A stretch of 55,551 nt of DNA, filler included, from Sphacelaria rigidula (lineage: Eukaryota): NCBI GenBank assembly GCA_964200075.2. It is 6 parts of 6 records of this genome, joined end to end, with 100 filler letters (N's around TTAATTAATTAA, not from the genome) between each part and the next. Parts side by side here need not be neighbours in the genome. Positions count along the whole stretch, not along the records: positions 1 to 9,176 come from CAXNAA020009119.1; positions 9,277 to 18,452 come from CAXNAA020009120.1; 4 more parts are not named here. One strand, written 5' to 3'. The notes beneath the pieces are model-generated. The model was not told the DNA's origin and made no database searches. It saw nothing but the letters and a program-made list of their open reading frames with translations. Below, piece after piece: positions 1 through 13,074 of the stretch (position 1 is the stretch's first letter; every line of letters starts with the position of its first letter). The position numbers and the translations under genes were made by a program.

Positions 1-410
1 GACGATCTGACTCGAAATTTCGAGCAACAAATGGCCCAAAATACCCCCCCTATCGTAGGATAACTCCTTCCTTGTACATGGGCACCAAACGCTGGGCTCA
101 TCACTCAAGAGTTCGATTTGGAGGATGATCCTACGTAGGCAGGGGCAACTGCTGTGTGTCCAGGTGCCCCTTGGAGAAGGATGCTTTTGGTGTCCGTTGG
201 ACGAAGTTATCCCGAAAAAAACGAAATCGATGAGGGTTTTAGACTGGAAAATCTAGCAAAAAAAGTATCGCAAGGATTCGATCGCAAGAATTACGACGCA
301 AAAAAAATATCGCAAGGATCCAATCGCAAGAATCACCACGCAAATACAGAGTCGCAGAAAACCTTTTGGTCGAATTTTTACCCGCAGCAGAAACTAACTT
401 CACTTTGCGA

Positions 411-808
411 AATTGGATTCGGGGATGAGAAACCCGGATAATTGAAATCTTCGTATATTCACCAAATCTTCGCAACATGGTTCCATTTCTTCACCTACTG
501 ATAGCTTTTGACATCTACTACACGCCATAGAAATTTGGATTTCGATCGCCGAAATTTTGGGGTCCTAGGTGTAAAAATAATTTCGGAACAATTTTGGCAT
601 CCGTTCGGACAGTCGAATTTCCCCAAAATTGTTTTTTCACCTAGGACCCCAACATTTCGGTCATCGAAATCCAAGTTTCTATGCCGTGTAGCAGTTGTCA
701 GCAGCCATCAGTAGGTGAGGAAATGGAACCATATTTTGAAGATTCGGTTTGGGTAGGAAGATTTCAATTCTCCGGGTTCCTCATCCCCAATTTGTAAGAT
801 CCCGTGTT
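411..808. mobile_element. Second copy of the foldback MITE (left tip lost)
   Basis: ggggatgagaaacccgga...cacctactgatagc...ggggtcctaggtg | cacctaggacccc...atcagtaggtg...tccgggttcctcatccccaatttgtaagatcccgtgtt; homologous to 22354-22797. Confidence 0.75.
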
Positions 809-1999
809 ATATTAAGAACGGCGGTGGGAGCACAGTGCCGTCTGTCCTCAAAGTTGAAAAAGTGACGTGATGACGGCGACTGTTGTGTTTTCTGTGGGTG
901 CTGTTGGCCAGGTGCGAAACTCCTCATTTTCCTCTTCGCCGGAAGAGATTTTTGAGCGGCCCGAAGGGCTGCCAGGTGTGGAGTAGTGAGCATCCTGCGT
1001 TCCTAGACGCCCTGAAGGGCAGCAAGCGCCGTAGGTGCCGGCTAGGCTGTCCGTGATGGCGTTGTATCCAGGTAGTCCACGGGAGGCGGTGGAGTTTGAA
1101 GCAAGGACTGCAGATCGCAAGGTGGAACTTCCCCGTACTTGACAGATTCGTACTCAATTTGAGAAAGACGATATAGATTCCGACTGAGAATGCAACATCG
1201 ATTCTCGCCTGCATCAGGTGACAACGGTTGCTTGAAATACGTCATAGAGCGCACAATCATGTCACCTACAAAGAGGTGGCGCGAGGTTCGCACTGACTGA
1301 GCTGAGATCACCTTTCAAGAGTCAATCGATGAAGGGGTGACCTACTTGAAAAAAAAGGACACAAACGTATTCTATTTTCGCTGGCAGAGACCCCATCTCC
1401 TATCGAAGCTTGGAAACAGTTGTACGACAAGACCTGAGAGGTCGGGTTCGTCCAGTGCAACATTTGCTGCCAGCCTTTGGGCTGAAAGGATCGAGGCTGG
1501 TTCGGGGTCGCCTGAGTGCATGGGAGATAACAATATTTGATCACCACGTTCCAACCGTGGTCGATTCACCAGTGCTGCCCTCTGCACCTTGAAATGACTT
1601 TTTGCGCCGCCGACACGCGAAATAGACTGCGTACGGAAGAGAAAGAACACCTCTGCTTTTTCTCCGATGGAGGGTGCCCGAGGGAAATACGAAGTATCAA
1701 CACTCGAAACAACCAGGCGATAGAGGGGTTCTACACTTTTGAGCACATGTCATGGTGTATGCACACACGTGCATGATCCTTCGCTCCCTTAATGCACCGA
1801 CAACCGCGGAGGTGGGTAGTTGTTATCAAGTTCGCAACAGAGAACGAGAGAGCATGGCTAAGCCTCCCCGAGGACACGTGAACGCTCTCAGCACAAAACT
1901 CGACGAAACATACTTTCACGAACACGGAAAACTCAACAACAGACCACAGCGCTCCCGTAAAAAAATGGAAACAAAACTGACTTGACCCCCTAGGCCAGG

Positions 2000-4900
2000 C
2001 TAAAACATGTCACACAAGAGCGAATCCCGCGTGTCAACTTCGGTCGTCGGGTTAGTACCCTTGGCGTCTGGTCTCAGACATAGCGCCTTTGCGACGTCCT
2101 TCCGAATCAATGCGTCTGTGAAATCCGCACCGCTGATGTCACCCACCTGGGTTCACGATGTGTCAGGTCCGGCAGAAAAGTGAAAATACCGTTAACGATA
2201 ATTAACGAGCGAGGTTGGATAGCGAGGGTTATGGTGCATATTCCTACGTTTACAATGAAGCCGCATGTTGACGGGTTCGAATGGACAAAAGATCGTGCAA
2301 CATCTGACCATATGCATCGGTGACAAATTACGACCCCGAACATGAAGAGGGCGCTCCAAATCAACTCTCGTATGAGCTGTCTAGTGAGAATACACTCGTA
2401 AGCACGCCTAAACCCTTGATCGCCATATCCCCTCTGACGAATTTTAGGGTCACTGGGAGCATGCGTGATGCAATTGCTCCGGTGGAACACCCAAAGTCGG
2501 TCGTAGCCAAACAACCTGCAGAATCTTTCACCAACTTTCTCCCTGCCTAGTTTTGAAGTAATGCATGAAGGATGAAAAAATACACACCCGCTGATAGGAA
2601 TGGCGCCAATAGTCGTGCTGGGGTTCCTCTTTAGTTCTAAGCCTGAGGTCTAGGAAAAATCGTTTTCAGGGATTTTGCGTACGGAAGAAATTATTAAAAG
2701 CTACTGGATACATTGTACTCCCTACTAGGACTTGTCGACCCGGTGGCTCAGTTGGTAACCTCGAAACCTTCCTTCTGTGGTTGGCACGTGCGTTTGAATC
2801 TCGGTACAGTCCCACGATCTGGGATTTTTTCTTGAACCATGTTCAGCAAAGGTGGAGAGCGACTATGTCGTGGGTACGCAAAACTCGACTTCCCGGTCGA
2901 GGAGGAAAAGGTATCGCTGAAACCTTCTTGCGGTAAAAAGAAAGGCAAGAACCGCAGGAGGAAGGTTGGGTGCCAAAATAAAAAAGAGGATAGAAAACGT
3001 CTGCGTCGACCTTCTTCCTGTGCGTCTCCAGTCGATGCACCCACATACACAACTGAAGTCCAGTATAGATGAGATGACAACACACAACACACGAGAGGAC
3101 CAGCTTAGGCCCATCATTATCGACACTGAGTTTTCGGAGATCTCTGAGGTTTTCAGACATGTCGGACTCTGCCTTCGAGCTTCTCCAACAAATGAAGTCG
3201 CGTGATTTTTTCTCCGAAACTCTACTTTTGGATAAGTCTGACTATTCAGGACTGCAAACCAGCAATTCGGAGAGCTGCCCTGTGTGTACGCCGTGACGCT
3301 CACCAGCTTCCGAGTATTATCCATGACCGAAATGTTCGGTGATCTCCGAAAAAACAGTGTCGATAATAATCAGCCTTGTGCACAGAGATGAGGGGATTGG
3401 GGTCCAACAGATACATGGTACGTTGTCGTTTGGGATAGCGTCGAGTGTTTTTGTACTTCAAGTTTGGCAGCTTTCAAACATAATGACAGGTGCGTAGTAA
3501 AATACCCTTGCGTTTTGTCAGATATTAGAGGAAGGGGAAATATGAAGGTATACTTCTCCTACAGCAGGTGAATATCATTCAGGCAGCGGGTAGGTATTCA
3601 CTTGCGGCGCGTGCTGATAGTTCGACGACTGGAAGCAAGATCCAATATGCGGCAATGGAAAAGACGTGTTCTGTAGAGCTGACTTGCACTGACCGTCGTC
3701 CGTTGCGCAGGTGTCGACTTACATTAGCCATATTGTTACCGAAGTAGCTCCCCGTGGCCACAGAATTCGTCAGTACAGCTCTGCGTATAAAAAAAGGCGC
3801 GCACGTACACATATGGAAGTGGGAACAAAGACTATCAGCGCCAAAACATTAGAGATGTCGACATGTAATCGAGTGGACACACCGCAAAAATTACAACCAG
3901 GGGTATGTCCATAAACACCCATATAAAAACAAGGTTTGTACTATTCTGTTGGCATTTCGTATTCATCGGCATACAAACAGACGAGGAGAAGAACAATCCA
4001 CAGATAGAAAAGGAGAAGAAATGCACACCAAAACGGTAAATGCCGGTACAAATCACCATCATGACCACTATCACTGCCAACAGCACCACTCGCAGGAACA
4101 CGAAACAACCATGACACAAGATCTTTTCCTCCCCGCATATGAGTGTCTCATTTGCCCCGTTCGAAAGTTGATTGTTTGCTATTGAGTATATTGACCCATG
4201 TTTCAATTTCTCGAAGTCGAGCCTTCTTGTACCCTCCACCGCCCCCCTATTCCGCGCTCCTCCAGCTCGCTTACCCTTCAAGATCCGCTTCTTCAAACGA
4301 TGCTGTTCCTAGGTTAGCTCCCGCAAAGTTGGCCTCTTTCAGGTCAGCTTTAAAAAATCTTGCCCCTCTGAGATCCGATCCCTTGAAGTTTACCTCCTTT
4401 GCGACCACCCCGCTGAAATCCTGCAACGGTAACGACGACAACAGTGTAAAACAGGTGGGATGTTGTGTTGTACAGATTTGAGAACAGAAACCTTTCGCGT
4501 CTACTTTGTGGGCATCAGCATCGTGGAGAGCATACCCGCTGTACGAATTCCTTTTGTTATCGTTTGATTCTAGGAGTGCTATCTTTGCAGCAAAGTCTTC
4601 ACGGCAAGCTATGCTCGAGCGATAATTGGGGATGCAAACCAGGGTCGAGAGGTGCCAGTTCCCAGATTCCGAAAATCTTCATGCGAAATATCTTCGATCT
4701 GACATTGTAGTACATTGCGTGCGCACAAGTTAGCACTCAGTGGGGCGCATAATGCCATCGCGAAGTTCGCAGGAAAACAACGGCGGTCTGTCCCAACTTA
4801 AGCTCAACCAGAAACACCATAACGAGCATCAGCAAAATCTGGCACCACCACCACGAGCGACAACAGCATAAGTACGAGCTCCACCACCACCGACGAAGTA

Positions 4901-5231
4901 ACAGCTAGGCAATCGGTATTACCAGCGCAAATTGAGATAATATGAGAACACGTGTTACCTTCGATTTGTACTTCCCCTTCGAGAAGTCCTGTCCCGTGAG
5001 ATTGAGACCAGCGTAGTCTAGCCCCCCTCCAGAAATGGCCGCTACGTTGGATGGCGACACCAGGGGGGTGGCGCAAAACATCACCGCTGCCAGCGTCCAG
5101 GTTGCGACGGTTGCCCTATATTTTTGACCAGCGCAAAACTCCTGACTGATATTATTTTTAATTCCGCATTTCACTCCACAGTTACGCCTCGTCAATGATA
5201 TATTCGGATCAACATGTATACATTTGGTAAT
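2000..5231 (-). CDS. Thylakoid lumen pentapeptide-repeat protein (TL15-like), spliced; 5' exon(s) not identified
   Basis: Exons on minus strand: 5231 (or 5141)-4959, 4420-4275, 3780-3723, 2146-2000. All have GT-AG boundaries and consistent phases 0/2/0. Joined protein: ...TVATWTLAAVMFCATPLVSPSNVAA-ISGGGLDYAGLNLTGQDFSKGKYKSK-DFSGVVAKEVNFKGSDLRGARFFKADLKEANFAGANLGTASFEEADLEG-AVLTNSVATGSYFGNNMAN-VGDISGADFTDALIRKDVAKALCLRPDAKGTNPTTEVDTRDSLLCDMF*. It has A(D/N)Lxx pentapeptide repeats, a hydrophobic lumen signal ending in VAA, and the C-terminal GADFTD...LC...GTNP.T..DTRDSL.C cap. Confidence 0.9.
2734..2990 (+). mobile_element. tRNA-derived SINE
   Basis: Head ccggTGGCTCAGTTGGtaacctcgaaacc with A box and degenerate B box (gtttgaatctc), body ggtggagagcgactatgtcgtgggtac, A-rich tail. 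Homologous to 29830-30066. Lies in the last intron of the pentapeptide gene. Confidence 0.75.
3108..3375. mobile_element. PIF/Harbinger-like MITE
   Basis: tta-GGCCCATCATTATCGACACTGAGTTTTCGGAGATC ... GATCTCCGAAAAAACAGTGTCGATAATAATCAGCC-ttg; related to 54066-54917. Confidence 0.65.
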
Positions 5232-6269
5232 CTAGTGCGCGCGAACATACTTGTGAGATTCACCAGAGCGAAAACTTCATCAAAAAGATCGCCATGACGA
5301 CCGCATAGAGTAACACTCAAACCGTATATTGCGAAGAATAATTTCGGTCTAAATATTTCAGGTAATTCAAGGCCAGATTACTTGGATGAACGTGAACTGC
5401 CTCGGATTCAGTCGGGGCCATCTTTCGGGTTTGTGGGCGTGGGTTGGCACGTTTCGCTCCTGTGACGGTGACGTATGACGATTGGAACGCAACGACTTAA
5501 CCGTCACCACGGCTTCATTGCTGATTCATGTGTGTGGCCAAGCACTGTCCGAGAGCACGAGCACAGTGGCGCTTTGGCCACGACTACAATAGCTGGGACG
5601 ACCTCATTTCTAGCTGCACCTCGTTACCACAGACTTTACTCGATCCCCGTTGCACTGTATTTCAAAAAAGAAACGAAAAAGATTACAAGAAAAACGTCCG
5701 AAGATGTAGGCACTCAAAATCCCGAAATCATTGTAAGTGCCAAGGGTTTCTGATAAATCGACAACTGCAACTCGGTTCTGACATGATTTATTCGAACGGC
5801 CTCAATTTCGTCGTACGTGCGTCCTGCACGCTGCCTCTCATTCTGGATATGTAGTGAGTTGTGCAGCCAAACAGCGGAAAACGCTGGCACGGGAATCGCG
5901 GCTTTTGACCGTCACTACAGTCACATTTCGCCTCTCTGACGATCAGGGGCCCAAGAGGGGTTCGAAGATACCAGTAATATGCCGCCCATATCGCCTGAAA
6001 ATTCGGGACAGTAATCTCATATGATCTAAAGCTGGGCAATCTGACCAGGTTGTCGGGTGTAAGCTTGCTTGAGGCAACCTCACTTCCGCCGATCAGGGCC
6101 GTCACATTATGTTTTGGGCCAGATCCCCCCACCCTGAGATTTGTGCATGAAATAATTAACGCACAGTAACGTTTTTTCGTACAGTCAAGACTGCAGGGCC
6201 AAGTCATTGCGTGGGGCTGCCGACTGGATCGTGGCGTACTCTCACCGGAAATCGGCTGGCTTGGCAGAC

Positions 6270-8279
6270 ATGGCAAGTACTGATGCCGGCGGTAAGTCGC
6301 GGGCCCGGGCGCAGCAGGAGGGTGTGGAGAGTCGCCTGGAAACTCCAACGGGTCCCAGCGCCGGTGGTGTAAACGGGGACACTGGAAAATGATTCGTAGG
6401 CATCGGGGAGAAGGTCAAGTTATCTGTTCGCCTTACTGTCGCTCTTCCACTATGCGTTCAGCGTCATGAGATCGAATTATGGTGAGGTCTGACTGTGCTG
6501 TTCAAGATAAACCAGCAGAATTTGCCTTGGAATGAAACACCTGCCCGCATCCATTTCTGCGCGTGTACCGCAAGCCAACACCGCCTTCAATATGTTTAGG
6601 TAATGCCAAAATCAACCTCCACATATATGTTCACGCATGTGTGTGACGGAGCTGGGTTTAGCTAACAAGGTGTACGGGCACGAAGCGACGGGCCTGCTAC
6701 CCTGAGCAGACATCGAGCAGACACTAAAAGAGCGAAACTGCCGAAAACTACTTTGCGATATTGCAATGCCGAAGGCACGGACTATTGCATGGAATCTCCG
6801 GCGTCGCCTGGCAGACAACAAGGCAACAGTTAGCGTGCCGTCATCCCGGCACTCCCGGAGCGATAGTCTCAGTGATGCTACAAGTGTAGTGCTTCTTGTG
6901 GATCGCAAATGCTCGCCAGTTGCGCTGTGATGCGCCATCATGCTGTGGTACTTATTGCTTCGCGCAAAAGGCGCGTAACGCTTTCCAAAGTGAATCGTAA
7001 GCCGTTGCAGTGCCGCACTGCACTGTTCGAGGTGATTCTGCTAGGCGTGAGAACGAACTATACAATTGCACTGCTTGACCCCTCAAGGCGTATCGATACT
7101 CCCGTCAGATGAATACTTGAATACTCCAAGTATTTGCATATTCATGTACGACAACAGAACAAACGCCAGCTGACTGTGGTGGTTGATGGATCTTTTGGAA
7201 GACACGAACGTGGATGCCGACAGCAGCACATGTTGGCGCATCCTCCGGTTCATTTGATACTCTATAAAATCCTACGAGTACTGTACTGCTGTGTATCTTT
7301 ACCGTGCGGTACCTTACTCTAGAGATCGCACCATAGATGCGCTGTGTTCAAAGTTGCAGAACTAATGCCGCGAAGCGATCAGGTCATGGTAAAGCTGCAC
7401 CGACTCTATGTGTACGGGGTATAAGCCTCATTCCTTTGAGAGCGACTGGATAACATTACAGCCATGCACGACACACAAGATGGGAAGTATCTCCATCTCT
7501 GCAACGCTTGCCATGTATCGTGCTCGGGAAGCCTCCACCGCGCCGCACCCATGTCGGATACCAGCTTGGGTGGGTCGACTTGAGTTCGTGCATGTGAGTA
7601 AACACTCGGGGGTGCTGTGCATGAAAACAGCTGGAGCCATGAATTTATGATCCCTCACCGAACGCATTGCACCCTCCGGCTCCGGCAAGCAACATGACCA
7701 TAATGCTCGAAATAAGCTTCATCGCCTCTGTAAGCAGCTAGTAAGTTTCAGGTTGCGCTTAGCCTGTTGCTGACAGGGATCAGACTCTGAGCACCCACCG
7801 CACGGTACAGCGTACCGTGTCATGATTCATGCGATTGTCTCACGGATACACATTGTCATTTTTTGCTTGATGGATACGCCATCAATTGTTACTCACTTAC
7901 CGGTGGCTGATTATTTTACTATGAAGAGAAACAATCTGTTTTTCCAAAATCCTCGCACGCGCAGGGTGATGATGAGCAATTTATTTTTTGAATGAATAAT
8001 GTGGTGATATTTTCGTTTCGCGCTACCTCTCAATCACGGGTCTGAAAAGGATGGGTCTCTGTCGGCCGCAAGCCTGGATACGAAGGGTGGTATGACATAC
8101 AGACCAAAATTAATTCAATTCATACCCTTTGCGTGGATATGTCCGTTCCACCCTGACGAATTGCATACGCGTTACTGCACTCGAGATTGTGAGACGCGTT
8201 GGCTGGAGATGGATACGGATGCGGCTTTACGCGAAAAAGCGCTGATGTCAGCGGAGATGGCCGCAAGGGCCGCTGGAGA
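6270..8279 (+). CDS. Putative 5' exons of a gene divergent from the pentapeptide gene; N-terminal helix resembles inositol monophosphatase-family proteins
   Basis: Exon 6185-6291 (acceptor ttttttcgtacag, donor G/gtaagt, ATG at 6270) and exon 8186-8279 (donor GA/gtgaga) join in phase to give MASTDAG-DCETRWLEMDTDAALREKALMSAEMAARAAG(E/D). No further exon was found before the contig end at 9176. The family guess rests only on the AARAAG(E) helix. Confidence 0.4.
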
Positions 8280-9176
8280 GTGAGACATAACGAGTTTTGT
8301 GCAGACGAGGTTTTTTGACGATGGCATGATTGATCTGAGCGTTCTGACGTCCTTCTCTTCCTACTGTACTGCATTCAGTGTGTGTATTCGATGTTTGACA
8401 TAAAAGTTCGTGCATCGCGCGTCTTGGCACGTGGTAGCGGCCGCAGCAGCGGAACACGTCTGAAACCTTTGGAAACTACTCGATGTTGCTTGTTCACAGG
8501 TGAACGATGCCTTGTTAGCACAATGCATCGTTTCATCCCCATCCTGACTACGCACGTTTGTTTGTATGTTTCCCCGCCTCCAGTATAAAAACGGTTCGAT
8601 TGACGCCGTTGTCACAACCGTACGCACCTCGTGTGACCTGCGATCCATTTTTCCCCGCCGCGGTCAGTGAATCAAATTACAAGATACTTGAGCCAAACGG
8701 TGATGGTTATGTGCGTTGCGTAATGGCAAATGACATAGTTTTAAGAAACAGCCGTAGTTGTTCACAAGCTGAGCACGTTGTCCGTGGCCTTGCACAAATC
8801 TTTCACGATTATACTCGAACAGCTCGTGAGCTACGACCTAAAATAACTATAATCGAAGTGGACTTCGCGAGTATCAAACGAACTTTTATGGCGGTCATCA
8901 ATCTCGATCTCAATTGTAGGCACAACGCCCGTACATGGGGATAGATTTTGGGTAATGGCCTATACAAGGTATACCATCTCGTTTTCTGCCTAAGATAGGT
9001 ACGAAAAATTGTCAAAAACGCTACAACAGCAAAACACGCCATTTAGACTGTATTCGCTCCGAATATTTCACGCACATTACTCGGGGGGGGGGGGGGAGGC
9101 TTGGACCCCGGGCTTCAAAAAAAAAGGGGGGGGAAAGGGGTAGCTCGAGATAAATGGACAGGCGAAAACGAACAGC

Positions 9177-9276
9177 NNNNNNNNNNNNNNNNNNNNNNNN
9201 NNNNNNNNNNNNNNNNNNNNTTAATTAATTAANNNNNNNNNNNNNNNNNNNNNNNNNNNNNNNNNNNNNNNNNNNN
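9177..9276. other. Artificial contig linker (also 18453-18552, 27728-27827, 37003-37102, 46278-46377)
   Basis: N44-TTAATTAATTAA-N44, a six-frame stop spacer, repeated at ~9275-bp spacing. Confidence 0.98.
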
Positions 9277-9859
9277 CCCCGGAGCGGGCCGGGCGGGGGC
9301 GGGCCGGGTGGACCCGGCGCCAGGCGAGGGGGGGGAGGGGGGGGGGGTATCGTAGCATTAGTCTTAACTCGTGAAAATAAACAGCTAGAAGGAACACTTT
9401 AGGCACGCAGATGCGTGCTGTGCCATACTGTACCATACTGTCCGTGGACTGCAGGGTACGCTGCCGGAGTTTTCCCGAAACTCCCGCGAACATGCGAGGA
9501 CGACTCGTGCCGATACTGTTTCCTTCGCACGTTTTCGTGTTTAGGCATATAGAATGTTGAGGTCAACTGTACAGCAGAATACAACGTGAAGCCACACAGA
9601 CGGTCAAAAGCACTGCTCGGGAAACAACTGGCCAGAAAAACCGCTTTGGGCACGCAGGTGCGTATTTTGTACTATGGTTGATGTGTCACGTGTGAGAACA
9701 GAATCCACAACTGGGTATATTGCGGATTTGCTCTTCAGGGGTTCGCGACCTACACGCTCCTATTTGCCTACCCCACCTCCAAAAAGACCGCGCCACCCGA
9801 GAGTCGCGCCCCATGAAATCACAGGTGGGAATCAAATATTTTCGTGATTTGTATCATTT

Positions 9860-10210
9860 GAACAGAAGGTGGGGAACATGTACGTATGATTCACGCCGCA
9901 TAAGTGAAATTGGGAGACATGCACACTTGATACATCCCGTATGAATCTCAGGCTGGGAACATGTACGTATGATTTATGCTGCATGAAGGAAAATTGGGGA
10001 ACATGTACGCTTGATTCACCTCGTACGAATGGAAAGTGGGAAACATGTACGTATGGTTCATGCTGCAGGAACGGAAACTGGTCACCATGCACGCTTGATT
10101 CACCTCGTGTGAATGGAAGGTGAGAAACGTGTGCTTATCATTCATTCTGAATGAATGAAAACTGGGAAACATGTACCTATGATTCATACCATACGAATGG
10201 AAGGTAGCGT
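9860..10210. repeat. Minisatellite, ~42-bp unit with alternating variants
   Basis: About 8 copies of tgggaaacatgtacg(tat/ctt)gattca...gaatggaa. Confidence 0.75.
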
Positions 10211-10897
10211 GTACCTTCGATGGTGTGCCGCACAAATCACGAACTGGCAATGTATACACTCCAAGCAGTGTCGTACGAACCACGAGCTCAAGACATGTAC
10301 AAATCGTAACTTGTGTACGAATCGTATAATTGATTTGTTCAAATGTTGAATGTGAGTCAAATCACGATTTTATTCGTCCGAACCGTGATCTATTGCAATA
10401 GGCAACATATTCCACGCTGTGCGCAGTACGCGTTTTGACAGTGTAGTCTCTTGTCCAGGGTGTGAATGACTCCGAGTGACAGTCGCGAGATCGTCAAGTC
10501 GATGACATAGTCGTGGCAACGTTTTGAATTGGCCATGATGACTCGAATGAGAATTGGTCGGGATTATTGCAGTGGAGAGCATGGCGTGATGACTCGAGTC
10601 CAACTCTTGAAGACATCATTTCAGACGTGTCCTCTAGCATTCCGAACAACTGGCAAGACTCGAGTGAGATTCTTCCTCCCTCTTTTTCGAATTACTGTCA
10701 TGACACGGCTCAGACTCGTTCATATTTTTCTCGAGTAGTCATAATGAACTCCACTCGTCATGACTGAAGACTCGTTTGGCGCGGCAACGTTTTTTCACCA
10801 TCGAAGCTGTGAGTGTGGCGCACCAACAGTACGGCGAAAAAACCGTACGAACGAAGTGCGCGCCATGATGGTGGCTTCTCCTTTTACCGTGACGGGT

Positions 10898-12725
10898 GAG
10901 CAATGCTACGGTAGGGGTGCACTTTTTTTTCTGAGGCTCTTTGCTCTTGGTGACAAATACATGGGGTTTGTGCTCGGCTTTCGAATTTGTGCATTAATAA
11001 ACGCCCTCCGCGCAGGGTAGGTGTGTGGGGGGGTAAGCATTTTCCGAAAATGCCAGCCACCCCGGACATGAGTGCTCACGAAAGAAAACGACAACGTCAA
11101 CTGGCAGTACCCGAGGTCCCTGCCAGCCAATCTGTTGGCTACTCACGTTCCTCGCCTCGAGTACAGCCTCGAATACACACCCTCACCCCTGTGTATTATA
11201 TGATATTCAATTGCTCGAACACCTACTGACGATACCATGTTGAGGACATCTGTCGCTGCGTGACCTGAAAAACTTAGAAGCAATGAAGTCCTCATATTTC
11301 GACTCCTCGGTCACGGCGGAACGATCTTTTATGATTGTTCATTCGCCAAGATCGCTGCAAATGTTTTCGGGACCCTCGCCACGTGAAGCGGGAGATATTT
11401 CGTCTCGGGTAGGAGGCATCATATCTTTGTTCATGGTAGAGGTGGTAAATATTCCCCCTCGTGAAGGAGGCATCTCTCCAGTGGATGAAGCATTATATCT
11501 CGTCTCATGGGAGAGGCATGATGTCTTTGCTCGTGAATGAGGCATAGATATTTCGTTCCATGGATGAGGCTTGATATATTTTCTTGTGAATGAGGCATAG
11601 ACATTTCGTTTCATGGATGAGGCATCAGATGTTTCATCTCGTGAGTGAGGCAAGATATCTCTTCTCGTGGAAGGGGGATCAGATATCTCTTCTCATGGAT
11701 GAAGCACTATATCTCGTCTCGTGGCATAGATTTGACATAGATATGTCGTCTCATGAGTGGGGCGTTATATCTCTTCTCGTAGATGAGGTGTTGATTTTTC
11801 ATTTCGTGAAGAGGCAAGATATCTCTTCTCGCGAACGATGCATCAGATATCTCCTCTCATGGATGAGGCATTATATCTCTTCTCATGGATGAGAAATTAG
11901 ATACTTCGTATCGTGGATGAGGCACTATATATCTTCCTGCGAACGAGGCATGAGATATTTGATTTCATGGATGAGGCACAATATCTCTTCTCGTCGATGA
12001 GGCAGTATATTTCCTTTCGTGGATGATGCCTTATGTATCTCTAGTTGGGGGCAGGGATCTACTCAGAGGGCATATCTCTACTCGATGACAGCCATTGAAA
12101 GCACAGGGTGAGCGGGGAGGGAAAAGATGCGACTCCTCACACAATCCTCACAGTACTACAGTACAGTACAGTGTTGCGGTTATAGCACCTTTACAACGCG
12201 CACCGCCTGCAATCGAACAGTAAGCTGCCTGGATATCCAGGCCGCCGTTCTACATGCCTGCTTCTACATCTGTCTACCACGCTCTCAGCGCGCTTAGTGA
12301 CAATCGCTTCGATGTTCGGTATCAGATGTTCGGTATCAGCGACACGGACATTCCAAGCTCTGAGCCTTTCATCTCATGCTCGGCGTTCGCCATCTCACAT
12401 GTATTATGATTCATGTATGAAATCAATTTAGTTCAATTCGGTGAGTAGAAACTTTTTCGCTTCCACGAAGCACATATTCTCTCGATTGGGAATATTCCGT
12501 CATACTGTGCAGCCTCAACCCTTTGGGGACCGGCCTCCCAGCGACACGGTGTTTGCACGTAAAGTCCTCTTTGTGAATCGTCATCGTTTTCAGTTCCTTT
12601 CAAGTGAAGATATGCAAATTCACAAAATGGTCCCTTCTTCCAAACACCATGTTTCTGGGAGCCTGGTCCCAATAGGGCTGAGACAAGTTATGCCCAAACA
12701 TTGTACCCCTACCGTGGCATTACTC
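10898..12725. mobile_element. Non-autonomous DNA transposon, Sola2-like (1828 bp)
   Basis: TIR GAGCAATGCTACGGTAGGGGTGCA / TGTACCCCTACCGTGGCATTACTC flanked by a 4-bp duplication GGGT on both sides. Confidence 0.75.
11390..12035. repeat. Minisatellite, ~27-bp unit, inside the Sola2-like element
   Basis: More than 20 diverged copies of gatgaggcaNNatatctcNtctc(a/g)tg. Confidence 0.85.
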
Positions 12726-13074
12726 GGGTGCGGATATGGTTTTGCTACGAGAGATCGTTGCACGAGTCGGATTGCAGCATTTTGTTCGCCTGGCTACGGG
12801 CGTCAATCGTTTTGCTGTACCCTTTACCTACCCCTTATGCATCGTGAAAACAGGAGCGACGAAGGACCCTCACGTTTCGTGCTGGGACCAGCTCGTATTA
12901 TGAAATGCTAGCATGAGGCGAACAACCGTCGGTGACCTTAAAAGGAGGTATATCAACAGCCAACCTAGCTCACACGCGAGCGACGTCTCTACCGTGCATG
13001 GCTGACCTCTGCATGGTGTGATGATGTCTGCTGCGTGTCTGGCCGTGCAACTTGTGAAACGCATATGATAACAG

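Noticed and set aside
848-1540. Possible plus-strand exons near 912, 1218 and 1389
   Set aside because: Splice-like sites exist, but no consistent phase chain or recognisable protein could be built.
9221-9232. TTAATTAATTAA as a biological motif or piggyBac target
   Set aside because: It is a synthetic six-frame stop linker embedded in Ns.
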